Positions 25,804-38,934 of a stretch of DNA of 64,000 nucleotides are shown here, in pieces. The stretch covers positions 8,122,001-8,186,000 of the forward strand of contig OZ024746.1 of NCBI GenBank assembly GCA_964016885.1. The letters run 5' to 3'. Position numbers and translations under genes: made by a program. Every line of letters starts with the position of its first letter. The first letter of the stretch is position 1. The notes beneath the pieces are model-generated. The model was not told where the DNA came from. It ran no database searches and worked only from the letters and a program-made list of their open reading frames with translations. This DNA comes from Eledone cirrhosa (Eukaryota).

Positions 25804-27178
25804 CTCTTAGACCATTGTCCACTCCTACAAACTGGACAGCATTGGCTCACTCCTCTTAGACCATTGTCCACTCCTACAAACTGGACAGCATTGGCTCACT
25901 CCTCTTAGACCATTGTCCACTCCTACAAACTGGACAGCATTGGTTCACTCCTCTTAGACCATTGTCCACTCCTACAAACTGGACAGCATTGGTTCACTCC
26001 TCTTAGACCATTGTCCACTCCTACAAACTGGACAGCATTGGTTCACTCCTCTTAGACCATTGTCCACTCCTACAAACTGGACAGCATTGGTTCACTCCTC
26101 TTAGACCATTGTCCACTCCTACAAACTGGACAGCATTGGCTCACTCCTCTTAGACCATTGTCCACTCCTACAAACTGGACAGCATTGGTTCACTCCTCTT
26201 AGACCATTGTCCACTCCTACAAACTGGACAGCATTGGTTCACTCCTCTTAGACCATTGTCCACTCCTACAAACTGGACAGCATTGGTTCACTCCTCTTAG
26301 ACCATTGTCCACTCCTACAAACTGGACAGCATTGGTTCACTCCTCTTAGACCATTGTCCACTCCTACAAACTGGACAGCATTGGTTCACTCCTCTTAGAC
26401 CATTGTCCACTCCTACAAACTGGACAGCATTGGTTCACTCCTCTTAGACCATTGTCCACTCCTACAAACTGGACAGCATTGGTTCACTCCTCTTAGACCA
26501 TTGTCCACTCCTACAAACTGGACAGCATTGGTTCACTCCTCTTAGACCATTGTCCACTCCTACAAACTGGACAGCATTGGTTCACTCCTCTTAGACCATT
26601 GTCCACTCCTACAAACTGGACAGCATTGGTTCACTCCTCTTAGACCATTGTCCACTCCTACAAACTGGACAGCATTGGTTCACTCCTCTTAGACCATTGT
26701 CCACTCCTACAAACTGGACAGCATTGGTTCACTCCTCTTAGACCATTGTCCACTCCTACAAACTGGACAGCATTGGCTCACTCCTCTTAGACCATTGTCC
26801 ACTCCTACAAACTGGACAGCATTGGTTCACTCCTCTTAGACCATTGTCCACTCCTACAAACTGGACAGCATTGGTTCACTCCTCTTAGACCATTGTCCAC
26901 TCCTACAAACTGGACAGCATTGGTTCACTCCTCTTAGACCATTGTCCACTCCTACAAACTGGACAGCATTGGTTCACTCCTCTTAGACCATTGTCCACTC
27001 CTACAAACTGGACAGCATTGGTTCACTCCTCTTAGACCATTGTCCACTCCTACAAACTGGACAGCATTGGTTCACTCCTCTTAGACCATTGTCCACTCCT
27101 ACAAACTGGACAGCATTGGCTCACTCCTCTTAGACCATTGTCCACTCCTACAAACTGGACAGCATTGGTTCACTCCTG
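25804..27178. repeat. 49-bp tandem repeat, about 28 near-identical copies
   Basis: Unit ctcttagaccattgtccactcctacaaactggacagcattgg(t/c)tcactc, with only a single t/c variant position. Confidence 0.97.
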
Positions 27179-27597
27179 CAACTCCAGCTCTGCTAAACTA
27201 ACTTTCTCAATATTAAGCTGGTGTTATCATTATAACTTATCTTTTCTTGCATAAAATTATGATGGAAAATGTTTATAAATATAAACACTTTATTTAAAAC
27301 AAACAGTTTTGTATTGTCAAGTATTTTGATATCAAAGGGGTTAAACCCCTAAGGCAATGCTAATAGCTATGCTTATCTCAGAATCTATTTTGGGGACAAC
27401 AAATGTTCTTATTTCACATCCAGCTGGCTAGCAGCAGGCAGGCCATCATGCTGTTAAAATACTTGATTCATTTCTATATGTAAATGTCCAAATTTGTAAG
27501 AATCTAACTTTTAAAAAATGGATGTAAAAATAATAGCAGTAAAAATAGAAATATATTTACAGCGTTTATATTTTACATGCATCTGTGAATCAATCTA

Positions 27598-29360
27598 ATG
27601 GTTGGTTGGTTTGATGGTTGGCTGGTTGGGTAGATGGGTGGGTAAGTGGATGGATAGTTGGTTTGATGGTTGGCTGGCTGGTTAGAAGGGTGGGTAAGTG
27701 GATGGATAGTTGGTTTGATGGTTGGCTGGCTGGTTAGAAGGGTGGGTAAGTGGATGGCTGGCTGGATAGAAGGGTGGGTAAGTGGATGGCTAGTTGGTTT
27801 GATGGTTGGCTGGTTGGGTAGATGGGTGGGTAAGTGGATGGATAGTTGGTTTGATGGTTGGCTGGCTGGTTAGAAGGGTGGGTAAGTGGATGGCTGGCTG
27901 GATAGAAGGGTGGGTAAGTGGATGGCTAGTTGGTTTGATGGTTGGCTGGTTGGGTAGATGGGTGGGTAAGTGGATGGATAGTTGGTTTGATGGTTGGCTG
28001 GCTGGTTAGAAGGGTGGGTAAGTGGATGGCTGGCTGGATAGAAGGGTGGGTAAGTGGATGGCTAGTTGGTTTGATGGTTGGCTGGTTGGGTAGATGGGTG
28101 GGTAAGTGGATGGATAGTTGGTTTGATGGTTGGCTGGCTGGTTAGAAGGGTGGGTAAGTGGATGGCTGGCTGGATAGAAGGGTGGGTAAGTGGATGGCTA
28201 GTTGGTTTGATGGTTGGCTGGCTAGAAGGGTGGGTAAGTGGATGGCTAGTTGGCTAGAAGGGTGGGTAAGTGGATGGCTAGTTGGTTTGATGGTTGGCTG
28301 GCTGGTTAGATGGGTGGGTAAGTGGATGGCTGGCTGGATAGAAGGGTGGGTAAGTGGATGGCTAGTTGGTTTGATGGTTGGCTGGCTGGCTAGAAGGGTG
28401 GGTAAGTGGATGGCTAGTTGGTTTGATGGTTGGCTGGCTGGTTAGATGGGTGGGTAAGTGGATGGCTAGTTGGTTTGATGGTTGGCTGGCTGGCTAGAAG
28501 GGTGGGTAAGTGGATGGCTAGTTGGTTTGATGGTTGGCTGGCTGAGTGGATGGCTAGTTGGTTTGATGGTTGGCTGGCTGGTTAGATGGGTGGGTAAGTG
28601 GATGGCTAGTTGGTTTGATGGTTGGCTGGCTGGTTAGATGGGTGGGTAAGTGGATGGCTAGTTGGTTTGATGGTTGGCTGGCTGGTTAGATGGGTGGGTA
28701 AGTGGATGGCTAGTTGGTTTGATGGTTGGCTGGCTGGTTAGATGGGTGGGTAAGTGGATGGCTAGTTGGCTGGCTGGCTAGATGGGTGGGTAAGTGGATG
28801 GATAGTTGGTTTGATGGTTGGCTGGCTGGTTAGATGGGTGGGTAAGTGGATGGATAGATTGATGGTTGGCTGAGTAAATGTGCGGATTGATGGCTGATTG
28901 GGTAAATGGGTGGCTGGGTGGATAGATGGCTGGCTGGTTGGATGGATGCCTGGCTAGTTGGTTTGATGGTTGGCTGGCTGGTTAGATGGGTGGGTAAGTG
29001 AATGGCTAGTTGGTTTGATGGTTGGCTGGCTGGTTAGATGGGTGGGTAAGTGGATGGCTAGTTGGTTTGATGGTTGGCTGGCTGGTTAGATGGGTGGGTA
29101 AGTGGATGGCTAGTTGGCTGGCTGGCTAGATGGGTGGGTAAGTGGATGGATAGTTGGTTTGATGGTTGGCTGGCTGGTTAGATGGGTGGGTAAGTGGATG
29201 GATAGATTGATGGTTGGCTGAGTAAATGTGCGGATTGATGGCTGATTGGGTAAATGGGTGGCTGGGTGGATAGATGGCTGGCTGGTTGGATGGATGCCTG
29301 GCTAGTTGGATAGATTAATGGTCAGATGGTTAGTTGGGTGACTGGGTGGATGACTGGAAA
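27598..29360. repeat. G-rich (GGTT/GGAT/GGCT)-based minisatellite with higher-order period
   Basis: Recurrent gatgggtgggtaagtggatgg and gttggtttgatggttggctggctgg blocks. A 136-bp period is visible in the ORF spacing 27670/27806/27942. Confidence 0.93.
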
Positions 29361-29949
29361 GGTAAGAAGTAGAATGGCTGTACTCTTAAATACCACAAAT
29401 ACTGTTGTAATATCCCAGGGTACATTACTGGTTTCATTTTAAATATTTACTTATTTTTAATTTCTTTAGTTAATGAAGTTGTTGGCGGACAGATGGATGT
29501 CAATATTCTGGTTAGGTAGACTAAAAGTCATCACCATCATCATCATAGTCATCCTCAATGCCAGAGTCGCCATCATCACCATCACCTTCATAGTTGTCTA
29601 TTTCATCATCATTAACACGACCACTCTCTTCATCCTCACCAACATCCCCCCTCACCCCCAGTAACAACAACAACAGAAACACTGCACTGGTAATAACAAG
29701 GTTTTATGAATTACATTGCATCATTTTCAAAGGGTAAAAATCTAACGAAATTGTTGAATAAAAAAAAAAGAAAGAAAATAGAAAAAAAAGAAAAAAGTCG
29801 AGAAGACAACATTAAGATATTGATCGAAGGTAAAATGAGTTTATTGGGAAAAATATCAAAAGAAAGGACATGTAAAATAACCCCAAAAAGAAGAGAAAAT
29901 GAAGTAACTAACCAATCAGACAAAATCTGAAAACTTTAATATATTTGTG

Positions 29950-30043
<94 letters not shown>

Positions 30044-30145
30044 TGTATATACATACAAAAAAATATATATATATGCATGCATATATATATATATATATAT
30101 ACATGAATATATATACATGCATATATATATATATATATACATGCA

Positions 30146-30202
<57 letters not shown>

Positions 30203-32399
30203 CATGCAAGTGTGGAAAAGCAGACGTAAAAACGATGATATATATATATATATGTGTGTGTGTATGTATATATACGTACCATGTTTTAGCAGATCAATAA
30301 CCTTTTAGGTCATGAGAAAACATACATGGAAGTTTCTATGAAGGTTTAATTCAAGATAAAGTAGTTTTCTATGTCTGTAATTTTTCTTTTCTTTTTTTTG
30401 CCTGTTTTTAATGTCTAGATTATTTGTTTTTTATTGTTTCTGTATTCTTGGAGGTAGAAGAAATACAGAGAACATTTACTAGAGATTGTAACAAAGAAAT
30501 TATGCAATAAGGAACATAAGACAATCCTCAGTATATTTACTTTGTAATTATTGCTTGGTTATGCAGACACCAGGCTTCAGATTCTGATAGAACTAAGAGA
30601 AGAAAATTTGTCTTTTAGTATTTAGCCCTGTTGATTTTTTTTTTTTAAACCAGGATTAGTCATTTAGTTTACATATTGAGACCCCAACACATCCTATTTA
30701 TTTTATAACGTTTGGGATTTCTAGTAATGTACTTCTTTTGTTGTGTATGTTTTTTAATGTGTAGAGAAAAATCAATTGTCACAGAAGTGTTACCACTTAT
30801 AATAAAATTTGCCAAAGATAGATTAGTAAAGTTTGATAAACAGGAAAATATTTGAGACCTGAGAGTACTCAAATAACAACAACAACACATATAAATAGTA
30901 AATTATGAAGGAAAATACAGTAAAGTGCCTTAGGCTCAATAAGTGACCATCTTTAATACTGTCTTCTGGCACATTGATGCTTTTAGTGAGGTTTAGCCTG
31001 CTGCAAATATTGAATTAGGCTTTTGTTATATAAAATGCCACAGAGTCCCATGGGTAGCTACTTTATAAACTGTCACATAATCCTATATACTAGCCTGCAC
31101 TAGTTTGTATTGGTGTCACATCAAACACAAGAGAAGCCATCTTGCATCATCATCATCATTTACTGGCTGTATTTTATTGTGGCACCAGCACTACGGAGGA
31201 TCTCATGTCTTTGACACAAACTGAAGAGTCTTCTCTTTGGCAAGTGTTCCACAGTTAAGTACCTTTCCTACTGCCTTCACAGAATGTACTGAATGTATTT
31301 TACAATATCACCAACACGAAAATGTTTGTGATTTCACTGACAAAACTGAAGAGCCCTCTTGATCCCTTATTTGGCACACTTATCTATATATAAAAGAGAG
31401 ATGTTTGTTGGTTGGTGTCTTTGTGCATCACACAAAAACGAAAACTGACAATCAAAAAGTAAGTACACCAATGGAAGATTTATTGACACTAATTTTATAT
31501 CAAGTAGCAAAAAAAAAATCCTGGGTATGGTAACCAGCCTAACTGCTATTTCTAGCATGTTAGGAGACAACCATAAGGGATTCTCTCTGGTTTACACACA
31601 CACACGAACATTTATATATAATTATCTATATCTATAATATAAAAGATTGGAACTCCCATCATTCTTTTGAGAAACCTGGACCTGTCATGTCTATGCAATG
31701 GCACATGCTTAACAGTCAGGCAGATGATGAACCATCTCCTAGAGCACAGGTTCTCAACCCATTTAGGCCAAATGCCCCCTTTTGTCCCTCAAAATCACGA
31801 AACCCTATTTTTCCATTTTTCAATATACTACTGCTTTTGATATCAGTAGATTACTAAAAAATTGATTAACAATATTCCAAAGATACCATTGCAGGCAGCT
31901 GAGAGTATAAATACATTCCTTGAAAGGAAATATATAAATTTTAAAAAAAAAGGGAACATAAATGTTCTTTTTTATGAATAAGGACCAGTTGAATTTGTTA
32001 TATTCCCACCAGGCGATACCAACTATTTTGAACATTTATACAAGAGCAAGTCTATCCCAAGAGTGCTCTTATCTGGAAGAAAGTGGCAATTATATCATTT
32101 CAAGGCTTTCAATTTTCCCTTTAATGAAATGGACAGAATAAATGTTTATATCTAACTTGATGTCCCCTCTGCTTTGTGAGCTTAGAGACCACGGAAGAGA
32201 GTTTTCATGACCACGCGGGAGGGTGTATTTATTAGTAAATGGTAAAATATATACAACAAATGAGTAAGTGAATTGTAGTAGATGGTTTCCAGTCCAGTCA
32301 GACTGTAACTACAAATAAAAAAATTGTTAGTTTGCTTTGTAACAATAGCATATCCAAGTTTTCGAATAAATTAACTTACTTTAACTTTGACTCATTTCA

Positions 32400-33460
32400 A
32401 TGGGACCCTTGAGCTTCATGGAGTCCAGTTAACTCTTTGATGTGAGGCTGAATTTTCCTAAGATGTAGCCAGAGATCTCCACATGTAATTACATTGTAGT
32501 GGTTGCGAGACTTACTGTGCAGTCTGGAAACAGAACCAAACCTCCTCTCGACTAAGTATGAGCTTGGAAAAGGCAGAGCAAATCTCTTAGCCTCTCCATG
32601 TAGGTGTGGAAGTTAACGCTGAATTTCCTCTTGCATCCCAAAAAGGGGTTCACCTATTTTGGGAAATCTAATTTTGATCATTTCATCTGCTTGAGTTCAA
32701 TGAATTCTTCTTGAAATTTAATATCCAAATCGTCGACGTTAGCTATGAAGGGATCTGCTATCCACATTGGGATGTCCATCGGCAAAAGGTCGACAAACCA
32801 TTCTCTCATGTTGTCTTGTAGTGCACGGAGGTGAGTGGTATAAATTTGGAGTTGGTCATCGCTTACAATGTTTTGAACATTGGCGACACTAGGAAAATTA
32901 TAGAATTCCCGTCAACAAAGATTCCTTTCGATGACATTCAATTTGGCCAGGAATGTTTTCACAGCATTCCTTGCTTTAAACAAGGTGATCTTCTTCCCCT
33001 GCAAAGCCAAAATGACGCTATTGCATTTGTCGAAGATATTGGTGAGGTAGGCGCAATCTTGCCTCACATCGAGGGTTTTCTTGTACAGTTCTGTGTTGTG
33101 TCCTCGCAGAAACTCAATGATAGAGTCGAAGAGTTCAAAGAAGTGAGTAAAGCACTTGCCCTTTGAAAGCCACCTCACCTCAGAATGAAGGAGCAACTTG
33201 ACGAATTCTTCGTCATTATCTTGGCACAGTTGCCAGAAAATTTGTTCATTGAGGGAATGGTGTTTGATAAAATTGATGCCATCAATGGCCACCTGCAAGG
33301 ACTTGCTTAGCGGCTTCCTGAGTTTCTTCGCAGCCAAATGTTGTCGATGAATGACACAATGAACAGCAAATACAGATAGATTTTCTCTCTTCAGAAGAGT
33401 GACGAAGCCCATGTGTTGGCTGACCATTGCTCTTGCGTCGTCCGTAGCACATGATACAAT
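32400..33460 (-). pseudogene. hAT transposase fragment
   Basis: ORF 32912-33427 plus downstream disrupted frames (FPSSYLVERGL-like dimerisation motif near 32540-32575). Confidence 0.85.
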
Positions 33461-33464
33461 GTGT

Positions 33465-33742
33465 ATTGTATGTGGTCCTAGATGTATGTATTACCTGCTT
33501 ATGTGTTGTATGTGGTCCTAGATATTTGTATTACCTGCTTATGTGTTGTATGTGGTCCTAGATGCGTGTATTACCTGCCTGTGTGTTGTATGTGGTCCTA
33601 GATGTGTGTGCTACCTCCTTATGTGTTGCATGTGGTCCTAGATGTGTGTATTACCTGCTTATGTGTTGTATGTGGTCCTAGATGTGTGTATTATCTGATT
33701 ATGTGTTGTATGTAGTCCTAGATGTGTGTGCTACCCGCTTCT
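33465..33742. repeat. 40-bp tandem repeat inside the hAT element (about 7 copies)
   Basis: Unit tgtgttgtatgtggtcctagatgtgtgtattacctgctta. Confidence 0.9.
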
Positions 33743-34959
33743 GTTTTTTCTTTTCTTTTTTTTATTTGTAATATTATTTATACAATAGGGAATAAAATAG
33801 ATCTACATAGTGTTAACACATTACGGTTGAGTCAATAATTTCAGACATGAAATACATTGTTATCGGTGAAGGAAAGATAAGATTCTAACTGGCTGCGCTC
33901 AAAGTATCCTTGACCTAGTTGACTGTGGGTTTTTCCATTTTTAGGATCTCAATTACTGGTTAATGTCTCAATTACCGGACATGCCTGCACACCTGCTCAC
34001 AGCTGCAGTCAGACTATAGTTATGCTGTCTGCAAGCTCATTCAAATGCATTCACACTGGCTGTCTCAAAGACATACAAATATGGCTTATAAAACTTACCA
34101 AAGTAAAGAGCCTTCCATCACCCCCCTAACGGGACCTTGCTCCCAAACGCCCCCCGGGGGTGCATATGCCCCCCATTGAGAACCTTTGTCCTAGAGGTCA
34201 CTATACTTGGAGGCTATCATCAAGGAGAAAATGCATTTATTCCCAAGATTCCTCTCAGCCCTTTCTCTACCAAGTTGCTGTTCAAATTCTGAAGACTCCA
34301 AGTTTTGCTCAGGGTCAGAGTCTCAAAGTTATAGGATTGATTATGAGAGAATTGGTTTTTATCCATGGACAGTTATATGTAGGTTGTTCACGAGTGGGAA
34401 CACCTAAAAATCTTCATATACTATGCAAGAACGGTAAAATGAAGAATCTGGTGTATTTGGAAGATTTGTAACTGTTTGTTTTGTCACACACACCACGGTC
34501 TTGCCACATACTCTAAACCAGACAACACATCCAATACAGTCGTTTGCTCTTTCACCTCATTTGGTCACATTCCATGAGAGTATATTGGTCAGCCTATCAC
34601 CTTCTCAGTAGACCTTGTACATGATTGACAAGAGCTTGTCCTCCAACATATTCCAATCTTTAACATATGGAGGTACTGTCTCCTCTCAATCTCTTTCCTA
34701 CCACTACTACAACAATCTCTTTCCTACAGAGCTAGCTAATTGCACACCAACACATCTTTCCTTCTCTTGTCACAATTTCTATCTCACCTTCCAGGTTTCA
34801 CATTAACCATATTGTCCAATCCTTCCTTCCCAACACAATTAACCTTCTAAAATTCCCTTCCTATTCATATCTTTATTTATTTATTTATTTATTTTTTTTA
34901 ATAGACATCAAGGTGCAACTGTTTAATCTAAACACTAGGCACATCAATTTTACCATTTT

Positions 34960-35532
34960 GAAGCATCTGTTAAGGTCATGGAATGAATACAGTCCCTCCC
35001 TGTTGACTTCAGTTTTGGGAGTATTTCTCAAGGTCATGGAATGAACAGTCCCTCTTGATCTCACCAGTTTTGGGAGTATTTCTCAAGGTGATGGAATGAA
35101 CACAGTCCTTCTTGATCTCACCAGTTTTGGGAGTATTTCTCAAGGTGATGGAATGAACACAGTCCTTCTTGATCTCACCAGTTTTGGGAGTATTTCTCAA
35201 GGTCATGGAATGAACAGTCCCTCTTGATCTCACCAATTTTGGGAGTATTTCTCAAGGTCTTGGAATGAACACAGTCCTTCCCTCTTGATCTCACCAGTTT
35301 TGGGAGTATTTCTCAAGGTCTTGGAATGAACACAGTCCCTCCCTCTTGTCCTCACCAATTTTGGGAGTATTTCTCAAGGTCATGGAATGAACACAGTCCC
35401 TCCCTCTTGACTTCACCAGTTTTGGGAGTATTTCTCAAGGTCATGGAATGAGCACAGTCTCTCCCTCTTGACCTCACCAGTTTTGGGAGCATCTGTCATG
35501 GTCATGTAATGAAGACAGTCCTTCCCTCTTGA
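34960..35532. repeat. About 55-62-bp tandem repeat (about 10 copies)
   Basis: Unit cagttttgggagtatttctcaaggtcatggaatgaacacagtcc(ctccc)tcttgatctcac. Confidence 0.92.
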
Positions 35533-36089
35533 TCAAAAGCACACACAAATAATAAAAATAAAATAAAATATAAATACATCTGATGTTGTAAACTTTCTCA
35601 CATCTCACCTCTCTGTACTCAGGTAATTATCAAAAAAAACCCATCTCACCCAACACCCACAATCCCTTCTCACTTCATTCATTTGTATTTTTTTAGTATT
35701 AGATATTTAGAGCAATCAGTGAGATGATTTTCAATTATTTTGGTTTAATAAAAGCCTCTGTTAAATAATGTATTGCTTGATGATCATCATTATTGATTGG
35801 AAAAAAGAAAGAAAGGAAAGGAGGAAGAAAAAAAAAAATTAAAGAAAAGACGAAAAAAACGTATTAAACATTAGGAGTGGTTCAATAAAAGCAAGTCAGT
35901 TTTTGCAAACACAAAGTGATGGTAGAGAGGACAGAGTGATTTAAATGGATATCCTGAAAACGCACTACCTCGTCTATAATGTGTGCAGTGTATTGCTTGT
36001 TTTGTAGAAGCAATTTCAATGGACAGTGATTAAAAAGAAATGATGTTATTGTTGATAAGTGATTAGCTACAAATCAACCCTAATTCAAC

Positions 36090-36938
36090 AGGCTTGTAAT
36101 CACTCTAGTTATGACCACCCTGTCATATTCTATATCAAACAGACCTGTAATCACTCTAGTTATGACCACCGTCATATTCTATATCAAACAGACCTGTAAT
36201 CACTCTAGTTATGACCACCGTCATATTCTATATCAAACAGACCTGTAATCACTCTAGTCATGACCATTCTGTCATATTCTATATCAAACAGACCTATAAT
36301 CACTCTAGTTATGACCACCGTCATATTCTATATCAAACAGACCTGTAATCACTCTAGTTATGACCACCGTCATATTCTATATCAAACAGACCTGTAATCA
36401 CTCTAGTCATGACCACCGTCATATTCTATATCAAACAGACCTGTAATCACTCTAGTCATGACCATCCTGTCATATTCTATATCAAACAGACCTGTAATCA
36501 CTCTAGTCATGACCACTGTCATATTCTATATCAAACAGACCTGTAATCACTCTAGTCATGACCATCCTGTCATATTCTATATCAAACAGACCTGTAATCA
36601 CTCTAGTCATGACCACCGTCATATTCTATATCAAACAGACCTATAATCACTCTAGTCATGACCACCGTCATATTCTATATCAAACAGACCTGTAATCACT
36701 CTAGTTATGACCATTCTGTCATATTCTATATCAAACAGACCTGTAATCACTCTAGTCATGACCACCCTGTCATATTCTATATCAAACAGACCTGTAATCA
36801 CTCTAGTCATGACCATCCTGTCATATTCTATATCAAACAGACCTGTAATCACTCTAGTCATGACCACCCTGTCATATTCTATATCAAACAGACCTGTAAT
36901 CACTCTAGTCATGACCACCCTGTCATATTCTATATCAA
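36090..36938. repeat. About 49-51-bp tandem repeat (about 17 copies)
   Basis: Unit caaacagacctgtaatcactctagtcatgaccacc(ct)gtcatattctatat. Confidence 0.95.
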
Positions 36939-38934
36939 CGACTGCATTGATGAATTTGTCCTTCCCTTAAAAAATTTTTTTTTTTAAATTGCTATAATGT
37001 GATTTGAGAGAGATTTTTGGCTGCTTTTTCTAACAGTTTGACCGTCCACTTAGAAGCTCTCTTGATGGCTTGAAAATAAAATGTTAAAACAGTAGTGGTG
37101 GTGTTGATGCGTTTAATTATATTGGTTTTAAAGATATGTATGAAGAAAGGGCTAAATGGCAGAGTGGTCAAGGTATTAGCATCAAGCCCATTTCTAGGTT
37201 TTGGTGTTCAGAAGATTCAGAGTGGACACTCTAATTTGCAATGATTCTAAGGTAGAATTTCAAAATAATGATATCACTAATTTTTTTTCTAATCTTAGGG
37301 TGCACCATTGAAAAATAAGGGGCCAATGTCATCCAGTGCCACCCTGGCTACAGGCCCATACTTTATCAAAAGCCACAAGTTCCTATCTGGGCTTGCTACG
37401 TCTATAGAAAAGGACACTTCAATTTACATTTGTCATATTCCTTTCTCTGAGCTGTTGGAATGTCATTCTGTCCAGTGTTAGGTTATCATATTTCATCACC
37501 ATTAACCCATTTGATATCAAACCCCTTGAAACTACTGTATACCACACAGGTTTTTTCACTTTTTTCCTTGTTTGTGTTGTGGGGAGTGCAGTATACACCA
37601 TAACTAAATATACACCGAAACTAGGCTTCTCTACATTTTTCTGGTAAAAAAAAAAAAGGTGGTGGTGTTATACACACATTACACAGAATATGGTTCACAT
37701 GTTTGTCTGAAAATGTTTATATTTATCTGAAAACTTTCCATCATAATTTTATATACTATCTTTTTTAAGTTATGTTCCAAACATCAGCTTAATAATGGTT
37801 TCTGATTTAGGCATAAGGCCAGCAATTTTGGGAGAGGGGAAAGTCTATCAAATCGACCCCAGTGCATTACTAGTACTTTATTTTATTGACCCCGTAAGGG
37901 TGAACGGCAAAGCTAACCTCAGTGGGATTTGACACCAGTTCATCACAGGGTTATTTCCCCAGCTATTAATTGAGGTAAACATTAAGTAAAAAGATTCACT
38001 TATGATCATAAGTCAAACAGCCCAACCACTAAGTTACACACTTTCACTAGTGTGGCTTAATGGTTAGGATGTTAGCTATCTACACAAAAAGAAGATAGTC
38101 TTACAATGAGAAGATATACACATACTATATTATCAGATCCTTCCTGAGTTTTTTTAATTCAAAACTGAAAGACAATCTCTTTTCAGACAGAAGTGTCACT
38201 AATAACAAGTATTTTATTAATCCAAGAAAGGTGAAAGATTAAGTTGATGTCATTAGATTTTGAATCAAGCAAATAAAAAAACTACCATTCTAAGTCTGGT
38301 TGGATTATGTAAGTTATTTTAAGACAGCGAAATAATAAAAAAAAGCTAATAAAATGAAAATGTTTATTGATCTTGAGAATAACAGCTTGAATTTTAGCTA
38401 GATTCAGCTGTAGTAACATTATGGATTAGAGCAGTAGTCACACAACGAGGGATTTGCAAGTTGTAAAATAAAAATAGAATTTGTGTTTAAAAAGAAGATT
38501 TTAAGATATATAAAATCAAGGTTACTGTCAGTAATAGCAATGATACTGTACAAAATAAATTTTTGGAAACAGAGTCATTAGTATTAACACTTTTGACACC
38601 AACCCACCCCAAATGGTCCAATTCCACAATAACAAACCTCATTTTAAAGAATCCATATTTAAATAAAAAATGTTAAAGAAGAATATCTAGAAATGGGTTT
38701 GTTAATTAAAATGTTTATAGTATGTCTACTAGGGAGGGTAAAGTCGATTAAATCAACCTCAGTGCATGACTGGTACTTTATTTTATTGACTCCTTAAGGA
38801 TGAAAGGCAAAGCTGACCTCGGCAGGGTTTGAACTCAGAATATAGAGGGCCGTAACTCAATGCTGCAAAGCATGTTGTCCGACACCCGATACTGCCAATC
38901 CACCACCCTAAACATCAGCTTAATAATGAAAATG

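Larger units (their letters stand above)
31745..34188 (-). mobile_element. hAT (Buster/Charlie, ZBED8/SCAND3-like) DNA transposon, internally deleted
   Basis: TIRs cacaggttctcaa / ttgagaacctttg, perfect 8-bp TSD tcctagag (31737-31744, 34189-34196), transposase motifs HCVIHRQHLAAK and LLLHSEVRWLSKG. Confidence 0.93.
31624..34500 (+). mobile_element. Helitron remnant (PIF1 helicase C-terminal part), interrupted by a hAT element
   Basis: KIGTPIILLRNLDLSCLCNGTCLTVRQMMNHLLE (about 31643-31744) continues in frame as VTILGGYHQGENAFIPKIPLS after 34196, then AQGQSL...HGQLYVGCSRV...KNLVY. 5' end tctatatctataatataaa. Confidence 0.85.

Noticed and set aside
25804-27178. CRISPR-like palindromic array
   Set aside because: Units are head-to-tail identical with no unique spacers, no cas genes, and the context is eukaryotic.
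27670-28445. Repeated Trp/Gly-rich ORFs
   Set aside because: Artefacts of the G-rich minisatellite.
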